From the NCBI GenBank assembly GCA_030390025.1, contig CM059438.1, forward strand, positions 62,002,001 through 62,066,000: a stretch of DNA of 64,000 nt, read 5' to 3'. Position numbers and translations under genes: made by a program. This document shows positions 24,536 to 37,616 of this stretch, one piece after another; the first letter of the stretch is position 1; each line of letters begins with the position of its first letter. The stretch comes from Squalus acanthias (taxonomy: Eukaryota). Below the pieces are notes generated by a model. It was not told the DNA's origin. It searched no databases and saw nothing but the letters and a program-made list of their open reading frames with translations.

Positions 24536-27500
24536 CTAATCAAGGACAGTGAATGAGTGAATTTGATTAGGGTGAGTCGTCATAGTTTATTATGCCTGAC
24601 TAATTTAAGAATTCTTTGACACAGTCTTTGAGGTGGTGGATAGAGAAGTCATATGTGGTTTTTCAGAAGGTGTTTGCTAATGTTCCATGCAAGAGATTGC
24701 TAACTGAAATTGAGGCACATGGGATTGGAGGAAGCTTTGTGGCATGGAGAGAAAACTGGTTAGGAATCAGATAGTTCGGGGTAAAAGGGACATCCTTGGA
24801 CTCGTAGGCAGTAACAAGTGGTGTCTGCCAGGGTTTTGAGCCACAACTCCAGCTTTTAAATCTCTCTCTCGTTCCCTATCTTTTGCTGTCTCTCTGGCTC
24901 TTAGCCTCTCGCATTTAAAAATAGATGGAGGGTATATCCAAATTTACAGATAGTGTTAAGCTAGGAGGTACAGTGAATTCTGAAGACATTTTAGATGTAC
25001 AAAAGAATATAGGTTAAGCAAGTGGGTGGCATACTGGCAGCTGCAATTTAATGTCCCAAAGTGTGATGTGTATGTGGGGATAGCAGTGCAATGTAAATGG
25101 TGGAGGTGGGGAAATGAACAAATGAGATTTAAGGGTCCAGTTACACAAGTCATTAAAAGCTAGCTCACAGGGCTTCATTATAAGAGGTTTTGAATATAAA
25201 AGCAAGGAAATGCTGCTGCAGTTTTACAGAGCGCTGGTCAGATCCCATTTGCAGCATTGGGTTAATTATATGACTGGCAGTGACAGAATTTCCAATATGC
25301 ACAGACTTGGAAAATTACCCCTATCGAGTTCACTTTGAAGCACTCTACTCTGGGAAAGATATGCTCGCCTGAGAGAAAACCCAGCAATGAAGAAGATCCC
25401 TGGGATGAGGGACCGAGCAATAAATTTGGGTTGTATCGCTTGAAGATGAGGAGGTTAATGGGTTGATCTAATTGAGGTATTTAAAATAATAAAAGGAATT
25501 GATAAAGACGGAGTCCAGAAAAAGGGTACATAATCTCAGAATTTGTGCGACACCAGTTAAAAATAAACCCTTTCAAAACTGCTGCAAACAAAGAGTTCTG
25601 ATGTGGCACACTGTGTCTCGGTAGGCTGTAGATACAAGGTCAATAGAGGTGTTTAAAAGGGAGGTAGATACTTGGGAAGTCAGGGCATCAAGGGACATGG
25701 AGGAGCAAGACTCAGTGGACTGAATGATCTCCTGTTTTTAAGTATGAGCTGTATAAGTAAATATGACAAGTTACCAACTAGTTAAGTTTCATATTTCAGG
25801 CTCTCTTCTGGAATGCTCTTCGGGATGAATATTGTCAGCTGAATACATGAGGATAGACCGTGAGGCACTAGAATTCCTGAACAGTGACAGATTGCACCCT
25901 TAGAATGACAGAACGCCTGTTCTAAACATGGAGCGCTATCGAGAGCCACCAGCCGTGTCTCACAGAAGTTGCAATACTTAGGAAGAGATAAAATCTCTTC
26001 ATCGAAGGAAATGCTTGTGTGAAGTTTTAATAGAGGAAACTAAAAATATATAAGTAACCCCCGCACTGGCCTTTAAAGATTCTGGTTCTTTATATCACTT
26101 TGACCGAGTTAAGCCTTCCAACTTGCCTTGCTTGAGCAATTGAAAAGTCTGATTTTTGTTTTACCTGTTCCCAACCAGCTGGCTTTCTGCAAGTATCTTG
26201 GTTAAAATAATTGGCTGTGGAGGCCCTGACTTCCACACAATTGTTTATAAGGCAGTCCTATTGCCAATCTGACAATCCTTTGCTATCTGACACTTTAATG
26301 AGCCACGGTTAGAATGGGTGAACTTTGTGTGCTGGTGGTCATGAACCAAAGTTGTAAAGCATGGAACCCAGGGCAAGACATTTTTTGCCATCCTGAATTT
26401 CGAAACAAAATGATCTGTCGCGGAAGATCACTATTCCCCTATTTTTACCCTTTCTCTCCCTTTTGAGATAGAAATCAGATTTCATTCTGGACTGAAAAAG
26501 AACCAGTGTAAACTGAGATTGATATTTTTTAAAATCTTGTTTGGAACTTTGATTGGCCATGTGGTTTGTTTCATTAGCAGGAAACCTTGTGGGTGAATCG
26601 AGGGATAGTTCAACATTTAAGAAAGTGACTAAATAACTATATGATGCAACTACTTGGAGAAACGCACGCACGTTTCCAAAGCATTACAGTCAAGGAGGAG
26701 CTGACCTTTGATAGAATAGTATTTACTGCAAGTCTGTGGAAACCAGCCCTCCTTGTAGTTTATTGCTTGGGCAATATAGTACATGGAGGGTGATGAATGA
26801 GAAAGGAAGATAGTCCATTTCTGATTGCCTCTTCATTCTTTGCATTAAAGAATGCATTACGACAGGCCATTATGCTCAGTTACTTTGTCATGAGCTGGCA
26901 CTATTATATGTTACCTATCGTTCAGCGACAAACAAAGCTTTTAACATTTAACAGTCACTACACTTGATGATGTGGATCAATTCTCCTCTGTTCACACATC
27001 TGGTATATGAGGTATATAAGTAAACATATATCTATAACCTTGGCTGCTTTGTAAGAGAGCGGTTTTGATATCATATTACTTAAAATGTTAAAAAGTCAGT
27101 GAGTAGCAGTGCGAGATTCATCTCTAGCTTAATTATAGTCTCCAAGGTTGCTCTTCTGGCTTATCTACCCGCTTGCAAGAGGAACCAAATCCTGCTTAAT
27201 GCTTCAGCTTAGCTTTTATGTTAAATCAATGACTTTGGAGAATGTTAATCAAGGACGTTATCTCTCCCTGGGTGAGGATAAATCTCTATATTCTGATATC
27301 CAGTTGTCTATTCACTTCTTGACATTTTTTGCCAGCCGGTAGGCAAGCCGCATAGCATCCTAGGAGGCTCTGAGTTAAATTTGAGATGGAGTCTTGTACG
27401 TCTTAATGAGCTGTGATAACATAGATGGAGATTGCCTGTTGTGTTTACTCTTTACAAACCTGTAGTGTCCTCCACAGGTTTCCATCTGTGAGCTTTCTAC

Positions 27501-27584
27501 ATTGTTTTCTGTAGATATTTAAGCTGATGGTGGAGGTAAGTAGAGCCAATAGGATGAGGGGCCATATAAAAACTTCATCTCGTA

Positions 27585-27917
27585 TGTCAGCCACGGCTCA
27601 GAGGCAGCGCTCTCGCCTCTGAGTCAGAAGGTCATTCAAGCCCCGCTCCAGAGACTTGAGCACATAATCTAGGCTGACATTGCAGTGCATTACTGAAGGT
27701 ACCGTCTTTCAGATGAGATAGTAAACTGAGATTCCATCTGCCCCCCTCTGGTGGATATAAAAGATCCCACGGCACTCTGCTGTAATGTAGGGGAACGCGA
27801 CCGCCAATTTGCGCAAAAACAATAATGAGGTAAAAGACCAGGTAATCTGTTTTTTGGTAGCGTTGGTTGAGGGGTAAATGATTGAGAGAAACCGGGAGAT
27901 CTGCACTGCTCTTCTTT
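27585..27917. mobile_element. Deu-type SINE with inverted central segment
   Basis: Head on + to ~27776; core on - from ~27781 to 27917. Confidence 0.75.
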
Positions 27918-28303
27918 GGCTTACAGAACAGCAATCACTATTCATAGTGTCAGTGGGTTGTTTGATCATGGGGGCCATCACAGCTGAGCTTGATGCTGTC
28001 CTCGCGTGATGTCCACAAGAGCCCTTCCAGTTCGGGGGCATTGGATACAACAACAAGTTTCATCTATACAGCGCCTTTAACATGGAAAAACATCTCAATA
28101 TGATCAAGAACAGGGGCCCTGAGTTCTTCCCCTCTTCTCGGGAGGGTCTGATGCAGTTGGCAGCAACGCCCTTGGGCCATTTTTGGTTAAGCATGAAAGC
28201 AAATTTTAATAGCTGCCCTTTTGTATGATTGCTATAAGCACTCTTTCTGTAGGAGGGCTTTTTGGTAACTTGCTCACTTGTACGGTTTTGATTTCTCTTG
28301 CAG

Positions 28304-28386
28304 AACAACAGCAGCAGGGTGTGACCAGATACAGATTCCGAAAGAGAGACAAGGTGATGTTCTATGGAAGAAAAATCATGAGAAAG
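28304..28386 (+). CDS. PNPLA7: PNPLA7 exon ([27 protein letters not shown])
   Basis: NTE-family [18 protein letters not shown] motif, AG/GT boundaries, phase 1/0. Confidence 0.97.
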
Positions 28387-28874
28387 GTAATTTTGCCGTA
28401 GACCCAAATCTGTCAAAATGGTTTGAAAGGGGACTCTGTTCAGCTGAGTAGTCTCTGTAGCTATTTCATTTCCCGTCATCTAAACGCACTTAGATTTTCT
28501 TTATAGCGTCATACCAGGCCTATTCCTCCGCTGACTCAGAGGGTAGTGACCCTGCTCCCAGACCTCTACCTGTGCTGCTATGTAATTGGCTGCCAGATAT
28601 GTCCGAACAGCTGGGGCGATTCCATCACCTGTTCTACTTCTTCGAATTTCACCTGGGGGTTGGGGGGTTGCTGAGCCTGTGTTAAATAACCTCGTTATGA
28701 TGCTCTGGTTTAAGTTGGATGCTAGCTATCTGCGCAGTTGTGGCTGTGTCCCGTCAGTTTTGGCACGGTGTTTTGGTGTTGCCAGTTACCAGTCTGCATT
28801 GCTATGATGTATGATTTTAACTGTTTGGGGACTGGTTGGCAAACTGTTAGTAAATTTGCTTTTTCTTCTTTAGG

Positions 28875-29260
28875 AAGTGGCTTTGAATCCAGCTCAGATT
28901 GACAGGATGAAATCCTCTCTCTTTCACGTAGCTTAACAGGAACATTGGTCCTGTGGGAAATGAATTTGCTGTTGACTCAAGTTCCCAGTGGGAATGGGTC
29001 TACAGAACAAAACCGCCCCAAATTCAGTGCTAATTGGCACTAGGTTGGCAACTTTTCTGAGACAGTACAGAAAATGGGAGTGTGTCAGATTGATGCAGCA
29101 GGGGACACTTCTGAGACTGGGGCCGAACAGGGAAAGGTTTGCTCCAAATCAAGCTACGCTGTATCTCCCAGATGTGCTTTGAAGCTCACAATGGGTGCCT
29201 GCAGTGGGAAGTATTCTGTTCCACAGCGCGCTCATCCCTTGCCTTGATAGGTACAAAACA
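28875..29260 (+). mobile_element. LF-SINE-like relic
   Basis: GAATCCAGC.CAG, GAAATGA.TT, AGTTCCCAGTGG, ACAAAACC.CC and CTAATTGGCAC..GTTGGCA appear in the order recalled for the LF-SINE consensus. Confidence 0.55.
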
Positions 29261-29731
29261 AAAAAAACAAAGCTTTTTAAAGAGACGGATCAATTATTTC
29301 AATGTGTGCTAAGGTGCAGGCCATCTTGACACTGCCTCATAACACCAGAAGGTGGTGCTTGATCCTCACAAATATTAAATTCAGTTTAATCTGAAATAAC
29401 GGAGACTGTGGAGAAATGTTTGGCCAGTGTTTAAGGCTGGAATACTCCTGTATTAGTCCTGTCAAGCTTGTTTACAGCAATAACTCCAGATTGTTTTCCA
29501 GATCTCCAGAATTTTATGGACCAGTTTTATCGAGATTTTATGTTTGAAAGGGATTGGGGCCAGGGGTTAGCTTGTCAGGTTCTCCTGTTTATTTTTGCCC
29601 CCTTTTGCAACTTTTGTGTGCAGGACGTTTGATTATTAAGACTGATCCCGTCTGTGTACGCATACAGAGAGGTTACTGGATAGAAATGAGGAGCAGGAAC
29701 CTCCTCCTCCTCCTCCTCCCTCCCCCTCCAT

Positions 29732-30455
29732 GGGTCAAAAGTTGCGGTCTGAGGCGTACCTCTGGAGTACGCCTCCGACCCGCGAAAGCAATACGCACCT
29801 ACCTGATGGCGGCGAGGCTGCAAAAACGTGCGGTCTGAGGCTGCGAGGCGGAGGGCAGCGTAATGGCCCACGGATCCCAGGGACGCAGGCGGTGCGGAAG
29901 CGTACCTGGGATCACGTGGGCCTGGTCCTCCAATCACAAAGCAGAATTCGATTTCAATCATTTCCGAAGGGAATCCCGAAATCTCATCTAATTACAATTT
30001 ACAGAATTGAAATTTAATTCGCGATTAGCTTCATTCCACCAACCTCACTAAAAATTAAATTTTTTGATAATTTTCAACATCATTAAAACTCTAATCCGGG
30101 CCAATATTTGCAGAAACTCATTCGATACAGTGTATGTGTATAATTTCCGATATGAAAATGTTTCAATCATGCCTGAGGTCTCCCCTTATGTTGGTGCAAA
30201 CAGGCCCTGTGCCTGTTTGCATCAACTGTAACATTTCTGTGCGCAATTGCTGGCCATTTGGTGGACTTTGCACCAGCAATTGCTTTTTTGTGGGCCGTGC
30301 AGGTGGCCTGTCAACACGTACGTTGACGGACCGCAAGTTCGGATTTCACGCATGCGCAAGCATATGCGGATATCCTGAACTTGTGGTGGATTTCAAAGGA
30401 GGTATGACGGCGTACTCTGAGAGTATGCCGCCATACCGACCGCAAAATCCGGGCC
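29732..30455. mobile_element. Non-autonomous TIR element, ~724 bp
   Basis: Imperfect TIR GGGTCAAAAGTTGCGGTC / GACCGCAAAATCCGGGCC, flanked by CAT/CAT, with subterminal GGCGTAC...GTA(C/T)GCC hairpins at both ends. Confidence 0.7.
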
Positions 30456-30851
30456 CATGCTTCTCCTCTTCCTCCTTAGCCATGGATGATGAGGTCAATT
30501 GTATTCATTCCCCCTCCCCAGTTATACTGAACTTGGGTTCATGCTGGGACAGGACAACACCACCTGGTGCATTTATCCACTGCATCAAGGGGGTCTGGAT
30601 GTTTTTCAGCATATTTCTCTGCCATACTGGCTGGGTGTTTTGTGAGTTTAGCTTACTGAACAAAAATACCAAACACGTAACTGTGCAGATGGTAGAATCC
30701 AAATGGAGCCCTTTTAAACTGTGTAATTAGATCCTTTGGAAGCCAAGCACAGAGATTCATGTTTTTAGAAGAAAATCTCAAAAGAAGAACTTTTGGAACA
30801 GTGCGAGATGATTTTGCTGCTGCTTTTAATCTGCATTCCTTTAAATTCCAG

Positions 30852-30940
30852 GTGAAGCTATCTACCTCATCGCTGGTTGGGAACAATGTGCCTCGTCAGA
30901 GGTTGAGGAAGAGGCAGAAGGTACTGAACCTGGCTAGAAG
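30852..30940 (+). CDS. PNPLA7: PNPLA7 exon (VKLSTSSLVGNNVPRQRLRKRQKVLNLAR)
   Basis: AG/GT boundaries, 89 nt, phase 0/2. Matches PRQRxRKRxKVL of PNPLA7. Confidence 0.95.
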
Positions 30941-31394
30941 GTACACCCAGTGCAAATTGCTTTAGCCTAATTATAGCTATCACGATGAAGGGGAGGAAAG
31001 GAGAGAAATGGTAGATTCCTCCATGATCCTTGCCCAGATGATGGTCTTGTATCCCATCAGCTATGCTATTGCTGGCTTTGCTGCACCTACTAGAATAAAT
31101 AAAAATTACTCTTTCTCAATTAAGAAACGTCACTGATTATTAAGTAAATTTCCATTTTGGGATACATTTGAAGGACCATTGTAGTTTGGCTCAAATTGTT
31201 CTCCTCTCTCTCCCACCCCCCACCCCAGGTGCCATGTAGTTTTTGCTGTGCTCTGGTTACAGTAGCAACAACTTTGAGTTCCAGGGAGAGGTGTCTAATA
31301 GACTTCAGAGTCTTAGTTCCTAAGGGTTTGACACGTGTTTTAGTGAGGCATCTTATCTAATGGCTAGGCTAGGAACTAATCAGACACCTCCTGA

Positions 31395-31780
31395 CTTGAG
31401 CACATAATCCAGGCTGACAGTGCAGTGCTGAGGGAGCGCTGCACTGTCGGAGGTGTGCTGTCTTTCGGATGAGACATTAAACCGAGGCCCCATCTGCCCC
31501 CTCAGATGGATGTATAAGATCTCATGTCACTATTTTGAAGAAGTGCAGGGGAGTTCGCCCCTGGCCAATATTTATCCCTCAATCAACATCACAAAAACAG
31601 ATTATCTGGTCATTATCTCATTGCTGTTTGTGGAAGCTTGCTGTGTGCGAATCGGCTGCTGTGTTTCCTACATTACAACAGTGACTACACTTCAAACGTA
31701 CTTCATTGGCTGTAAAGCGCTTTGGGGACGTCCTGAGATTATGAAAGGCGCTATAGAAATGCAAGTTCTTTCTTTATTTC
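31395..31780 (+). mobile_element. Deu-type SINE, 5' truncated
   Basis: Core and tail match the copy at 21832. Confidence 0.88.
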
Positions 31781-32918
31781 TATCTAATGTGTATGTATAC
31801 CCTCTTTTGTCTACAGTTAGTAGAGGTAATGGGTAGTTTAGAAGGGTATTTAACGAGACTAATGCTGACTAATTCATTCAATTTCATCAGCGTTGAGAGT
31901 GAACCTTGAATGACTCATGTCATCTGGCCCCAGAAGTGTGTGGTCGATTGTAAGTGCCTTTATTGTAATGCCCACGAGACTTGTTGGAGTGAGTCACCAT
32001 TTGGTTCAATTCCTCCCCTTTACTGTTCCCAACCTGGTGTTATCCACAATTCCTCACTTTGATTCGATGGATAGGTGACTTGCTCTTGGGCCTCTGCCAG
32101 TGCTCTGGAGCTGGAGTTTGGATGGTCTGTGAGTGTAGTCCAATGTGAATAGCGACCCAGTTCCTTTCCCTGTGACCTGATTTTTGCGCCAACCCTGACT
32201 GTAAGGGATAAGACTGAAAACCTACTGTATGCTGGGAGAGGCGGTGGTGCATCAAAATGTTGCCTCACTGTGTCACCACACAAATGACAATAAACCATTT
32301 TGTTGTAATCCTCACAGGGAAGGCAGCAGAGGGGTTTAATAGTGAGGGAGCAGCTTGACTCTTACTGAATTGAGATATTTAAGATGAAGTGAAACAATGT
32401 ATGTGATTCATATTGGGTTATTGTTCAATTGTAGAACTTGTGAGTATGTACTACAATAGAATAATGGACTAAAAGCAACACAGGAGGCTCAGGGCTGAGA
32501 ACTGTTTGGTTACAGCTGGATGTTGTCTTGGAATAGTCGAGGTAATAGTGGGATGATCTTTGGGCCAAAGGGTCCTTGTCATCCCTTGTATTTTTTATTA
32601 AGAACGATAATGAAACCTTTTTGCCCCCAATTATAGCTTTACTGTTCATACGATTTTTACAAGAATGTATGTATTTAAAAAAAACAAAAACAAGGTCCTG
32701 CCTCAATTCCGATGGTATCGGGGGGGATTACGTGAGGTAGGCTGGCCGCCATTTTGTTTTGGTGTGGCAGATGGTATAGCCTCATGGTGCACTCATAAAG
32801 CTGTTCTAAGGTCACATTTTTTACAAAGCTGACCCTGGTTGCTAACCGTGCAGAGAGACTTGGAGCACTTGTACCAGGCAAAAAAAAACCTGACTCAGCA
32901 GGTGGTGGTAACTGCATA

Positions 32919-33355
32919 CAGCTGATGATTAACTCTATGTACAAAGTCAGAGTCCAGGTGATGATTAACTCTATGTACCAAGTACAGAGTCCAGGTGATG
33001 ATTAACTCTATGTACAAAATACAGAGTCCAGCTGATGACTAACTCTATGTACAAAGTACAAAGTACAGAGTTCAGCTGATGATTAACTCTATGTACAAAG
33101 TCCAGCTGATGATTAACTCTATGTACAAAGTACAGAGTCCAGCTGATGATTAACTCTATGTACAAAGTACAGCGTTCCAGGTGATAGTTAGCTCTGTACA
33201 GGTGCAGAGTTCCAACAATGGTTAACATTACGTACAAGATACAGAGTAACATGGGTTTGGATATCTCTGCACACAAGGTACAGAGTTCCAGGTGATAGTT
33301 AATGTTGTGCACAAGTTGCACATTTTCAGCTGATGGTTAATTCTGTGTGCAAGGT
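32919..33355. repeat. Minisatellite, ~37-bp unit, ~12 copies
   Basis: Unit AGCTGATGATTAACTCTATGTACAAAGTACAGAGTCC, degenerating toward the right. Confidence 0.95.
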
Positions 33356-33969
33356 GGTGCTGACACTGCTTGGGCTTACAGAGTTGTGAATTTTGACTGC
33401 TGGTATTGAATGTGGACTTCTTGGATTCATGGAAACCATTGGGGTGCTGCTATAGCAGTTTTGGGTGATCTTGGCATAAATGTGGATTTTTGGTGTAAGA
33501 GGCGGGAACTATTCATTGACGGCTGTCCTCAATTAGAACCGAGTTTGGTGGATATTTTATGTCTCTTTTATTTTTACTTAAGTTTTTGTGGTATGGATTT
33601 TTTTTGTCAAAGAAGTCCAGGGCTGTTGCCTCAGAATCAGCCAGTGCCCCGATTGTGTAGTGGCCGCAAAAAGCAATGGTTTAGATGGGCAGCCTTAATA
33701 AAAGAAGGCAGTGTGCGATGAGATGGTACTGTTTGCGAGAGAGGGGCCATCAGTTCAGGGTGGGTGCTTAACAGCGCTTACTGAGTATGGGAGCACTTGT
33801 TAATAGATGAACCCTTCAGGGTAATGCTGATGGAGACTTGTGTTCAACCGCTTCCAGCCATCATTTATATTCATGCCAAGTTCAATGTACCCCAGCAATT
33901 TAAAAAAAATATATTTTACTCGCAACTTCTAATTGCAGTATTAATTTGTTTTACTTATGTTCTTTGCAG

Positions 33970-34110
33970 GATACTCCGCCTCAAGAAGGAGCCTCCAATC
34001 CTGCAGCTAAAGGAGCCGCCCTCCGCACTGCTGGAGGCTGATCTGACTGAATTTGACGTGAAAAATTCCCACTTGCCCTCTGAGGTTCTTTATATGCTCA
34101 AGAATGTTAG
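33970..34110 (+). CDS. PNPLA7: PNPLA7 exon (ILRLKKEPP...[25 protein letters not shown])
   Basis: AG/GT boundaries, 141 nt, phase 2/2. EFDVKNSH is the PNPLA7 form (PNPLA6 has EGDLANSH). Confidence 0.98.
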
Positions 34111-34401
34111 GTAAGCATTCTCAAGTAAGCAACTCCAGTCAGGCCACTTACACCATACAATTTCAGTGTTGTTGCTAGGCCTATTTGGTGTTCCTTTATA
34201 GGGCAGTTGTGCTTAATCCAACACCGTTTAATGTGGCAATACATTTTTTGAGTGATGCTCCTAATTCTTCAACTTATCTCCATCACTGCCAGCACTGGTG
34301 ACAGCCATGCAGCCAGTCTCAGTAGACCCGATGCTAAACATATCCAAGCAATGCAGAGCAGCAAACAACAAAGCCAACAGAATGTTGAACTACATTCAAC
34401 A

Positions 34402-34855
34402 TGTCAGCTGTGGCTCAGTGGGTAGCGCACTCCCCTCTGAAGGTTGAGGGTTCAAGTCCCACTCCAGACACTTTAGCACACAATCTAGGCTGACACTCCA
34501 GTGCAGTACTGAGGGAGCACTGCACTGTTGGAGGTGTCGTCTTTTGGACGAGACGTTAAACCGAGGCCCCATTTGCCCTTTCAGCTGGACGCATAGGATC
34601 CCCATGGCACTATTTCAAAGAAGAGTTCTGCTTGGTGCCCTGGCCAATATTTATCCCTCAACCAACATCACTAAAACTCATAATCTGGTCATTATCACAT
34701 TCCTGTTTGTGGGACCTGGCTGTGTGCAAATTGGCTGCCGCGTTTCCCTACATTACAACTGTGACTGCACTTCAAAAAGTACTTCATTAGCTGAAACGTA
34801 CTTTGGGACGTATGAGGTCTTGAAAGGCGCTATATAAATGCAAGTCTTTCTTTTT
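34402..34855 (+). mobile_element. Full-length Deu-type tRNA SINE
   Basis: A/B boxes, core and tail are all present. Confidence 0.9.
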
Positions 34856-35552
34856 ATACAGCCAAAACAGCTGAATACAAGTCTGAGGCGGTCATGATCA
34901 AACCGTACTGTGTTCTGGTCAGACCGTGTCGAGTTCTGGCTGGCAAGACCCAAGTGCTGGAAACAGGGCTGAGAAAAGCCCTGAGGCTGATCCCCAGGGT
35001 TAGAGGCCTGAGTTACCAAGTAAGAACTGGAGCAATGACGAGCAAATAATGGGAGATGGGCCAGTGGAGAGGAGATGCGGGAGGAGTTCAGGATGATGAG
35101 GGGGAGAGAGATGAGGCTACACAAATGGAAGGGTGGAAGCGAAACGGGGACAAGATAACTATACACGCTAATGCTTTCTACAGTCATGCATCAATCTTCA
35201 GTTCCCATTGCACTTCAGTGCTTTATCAGCTTCGTCTGCTGTATGTTATTGTAGGCTAATGACAGGATTAGTTATAATGCTGACTGGAATGAGTTAAATA
35301 TTTCTAAAGAAATGCTGGTAAACCGCTTGTAAGACGTATTCGGGAAGGTATGACTCAAGCTTTGAGCTGCATTATCATTTTATTGGGCTAGTGATCTGCT
35401 CTCTAGACCCAGCACTTTTTAATATTGGAAAATACTGGAAATGTCAGCAGCTAAACATTTATACAATTAATTGAACTTGTAGTAATAACAGGATGACGGC
35501 ACAGCGCCTGTACTTGTGCTATAAAATGGTATTTACTGTGGTCAGAAGTGAT

Positions 35553-36690
35553 AAACAACTTGCATTTATATAGCACCTTTAACATAGTAAAACGTCCCAA
35601 GGCGCTTCACAGGAGCTTTGTTAGACAAAAAATAACACCGGACCAAAGAAGGAGACATTAGGACAGGTGATCAAAATCTTGGTCACAGAGGTAGGTTTTA
35701 AGGAGTGCCTTAAAGGAGGAGAGAGAGGTAGAGAGGCGGAGAGGTTTAGGGAGGGAATTCCAGAGCTTGGGGCCTAGATGGCTGAAGGCACGGCCGTCAA
35801 TGGTGCGATGAAGTGAGTGGGGGATGCCAAAGGTCAGAATTGAAGGAGCACAGAGTTCTCAGAGGGTTGTAGGGCTGGAGGAGGTTACAGAGATGGGGAA
35901 GGACGAGGCCATGGAGGGATTTGAACACACGGATGAGAATTTTAAAATCAAGGCGTTCAGGGACTGGGAGCCAATGTAGGCCAGCAAGTACGGTTGTGAG
36001 GGGTGAGCGGGACTTGGTGTGAGTTAGGATACGGGCAGCAGAGTTTTTTGATGAGTTCAAGGTTTTGGAAGGTTGGATGCCGGCCAGGAGAGCATTGGAA
36101 TAGTCTGGAGGTGGCAAAGGCATGGATGAGGCTTTCAGCAGTAGATGGGCTGAGGCAGGGGCGGAGATGGCCGATATTACGGATGTGAAAGTGGGTGGTC
36201 TTGGTGATTGAGAGGATTTGGGGTCCGAAGCGCCGCTCTGGGTCAGATAGGATGCCGAGGTGGTGAACAGACTTGTTTAGCCTGAGACAGTGGCCAAGAA
36301 GGGGGATGGAATTGGTGGCGAGGGAATGGAGTTTGTGGCGGGGACCGAAGACAATGGATTTAGTCTTCCCAGTGTTTAACTGGAGGAAATTTTGGCTCAG
36401 CCAGGCCTGGAAAGTTGGACAAGCAGTTTGACAACAGAGAAAGCGGAGGGGTCGAGAGAGGTGGTGGTGAGGTAGAGCTGGGTGTCATCAGCGCACATGT
36501 GGAAACTGACGTTGTGTTTTGGATGATGTCGCCGAGGGGCAGCATGTAGATGAGAAATAGGAGGGGGCCAAGGATAGATCCTTGAGGGACACTAACGGTG
36601 CGGGGGTCGGGAGAGAAGTCATTGCAGGAGATTCTCTGGCTACGACAGGATAGGCAAGAGTGGAAGCATGCACAACGGAAGAGAGGCTAA
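35553..36690 (-). mobile_element. L2-clade LINE 3' fragment
   Basis: Peptides DYSNALLAG, NSAARILT, LHWLPV..R.DFKIL and MLPLGDII, plus the L2 tail. Confidence 0.92.
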
Positions 36691-36872
36691 ATGAAATAAA
36701 ACTAAATTTCTCTGCAGGTACACGTAAAGGATTGATTACTCTATGCTAGATTTTACTGAGACTCTGAACATGAGACATCTTCCGTGGAAATGTATTTATA
36801 TTTGCACTATTTCTGCAGGTTTCTCCCTCCCAAGTTTAAAATATCCAGATTTTTAAAAATTAAATACATAAT

Positions 36873-37616
36873 GGGCCGAAAATTGATCCCGGGACGCGAG
36901 AGTACGCACTGCATACTCTCGCGTATTCCCACTCCAATTGCCGGTTTTCTGCATGCCCTGCGCATGCGCTGAAAACCGGCAATTGCTCTTCCGAAAAGGG
37001 GGCGGGGCCGGAGTGCATCGCGTGCGCGCTACAGGCTGCGCGCACGCTGTGCACTTCATGCTTTGGACGCGCAGGTAAGTAGGGAAGATTTTGGAAATGT
37101 AAAAAGGAGGAGTAAGACCCGCTTTTAAGAAGGTAAGTAGTGAATTAAGTATTTTTTTGAATTTTTTTTTACAGGTATATCTTTTTTAGAGACTTTAAAG
37201 ACAGGTAAGTTTATTTTTATAACTTTTTAAAAGATTTTAAATTTTTTCAAAAATTTAATTTTTTATTTAAAATGGTTAATTTAATTAACTATACTTATTT
37301 TATTAATGTGATGGGGTTTTTTTTAAATTTAATTGAGGTTTAGCTGTTATTTTGGGGGGGTGTAAGATTCATAAGTCTCTCAGCCATGCTGTGAGACTTA
37401 TGAATGGAAGATGGTGTGCTGCCATTGGCTCTAACTGAGTCACGTGATCCCACAGCTCGCACGAATTAACTACGCCGCTGGGATACGCAAGCCCAGCACA
37501 GCTGATGTCTGGAACATCAATTTCGTGCGAGCTGGATCAGAAAAAGCATAAGCGAGGTGAGACATCGCGGGAAAGGCTTACCCCCGCGGGAACAGAGCGA
37601 GATCAATTTCTGGGCC
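36873..37616. mobile_element. Non-autonomous TIR element, ~744 bp (copy 2)
   Basis: TIR GGGCCGAAAATTGATC / GATCAATTTCTGGGCC. Colinear with 4493-5220. Confidence 0.88.

Larger units (their letters stand above)
22800..25735 (+). mobile_element. Highly degraded CR1 with nested insertions
   Basis: Residual peptides (DKFPDLDGFHSSVLKE, GFEYKS) and tail remnant GGACTGAATGATCTCCT. Boundaries approximate. Confidence 0.7.

Noticed and set aside
30134..30730. 198-aa ORF and other non-repeat-looking ORFs (40078-40602, 29575-29961)
   Set aside because: No recognisable domains or splice support. They overlap TIR elements or low-complexity DNA.
32919..33355. CRISPR-like array of ~37-bp repeats
   Set aside because: Units are contiguous with no unique spacers, there are no cas genes, and the context is a eukaryotic intron.
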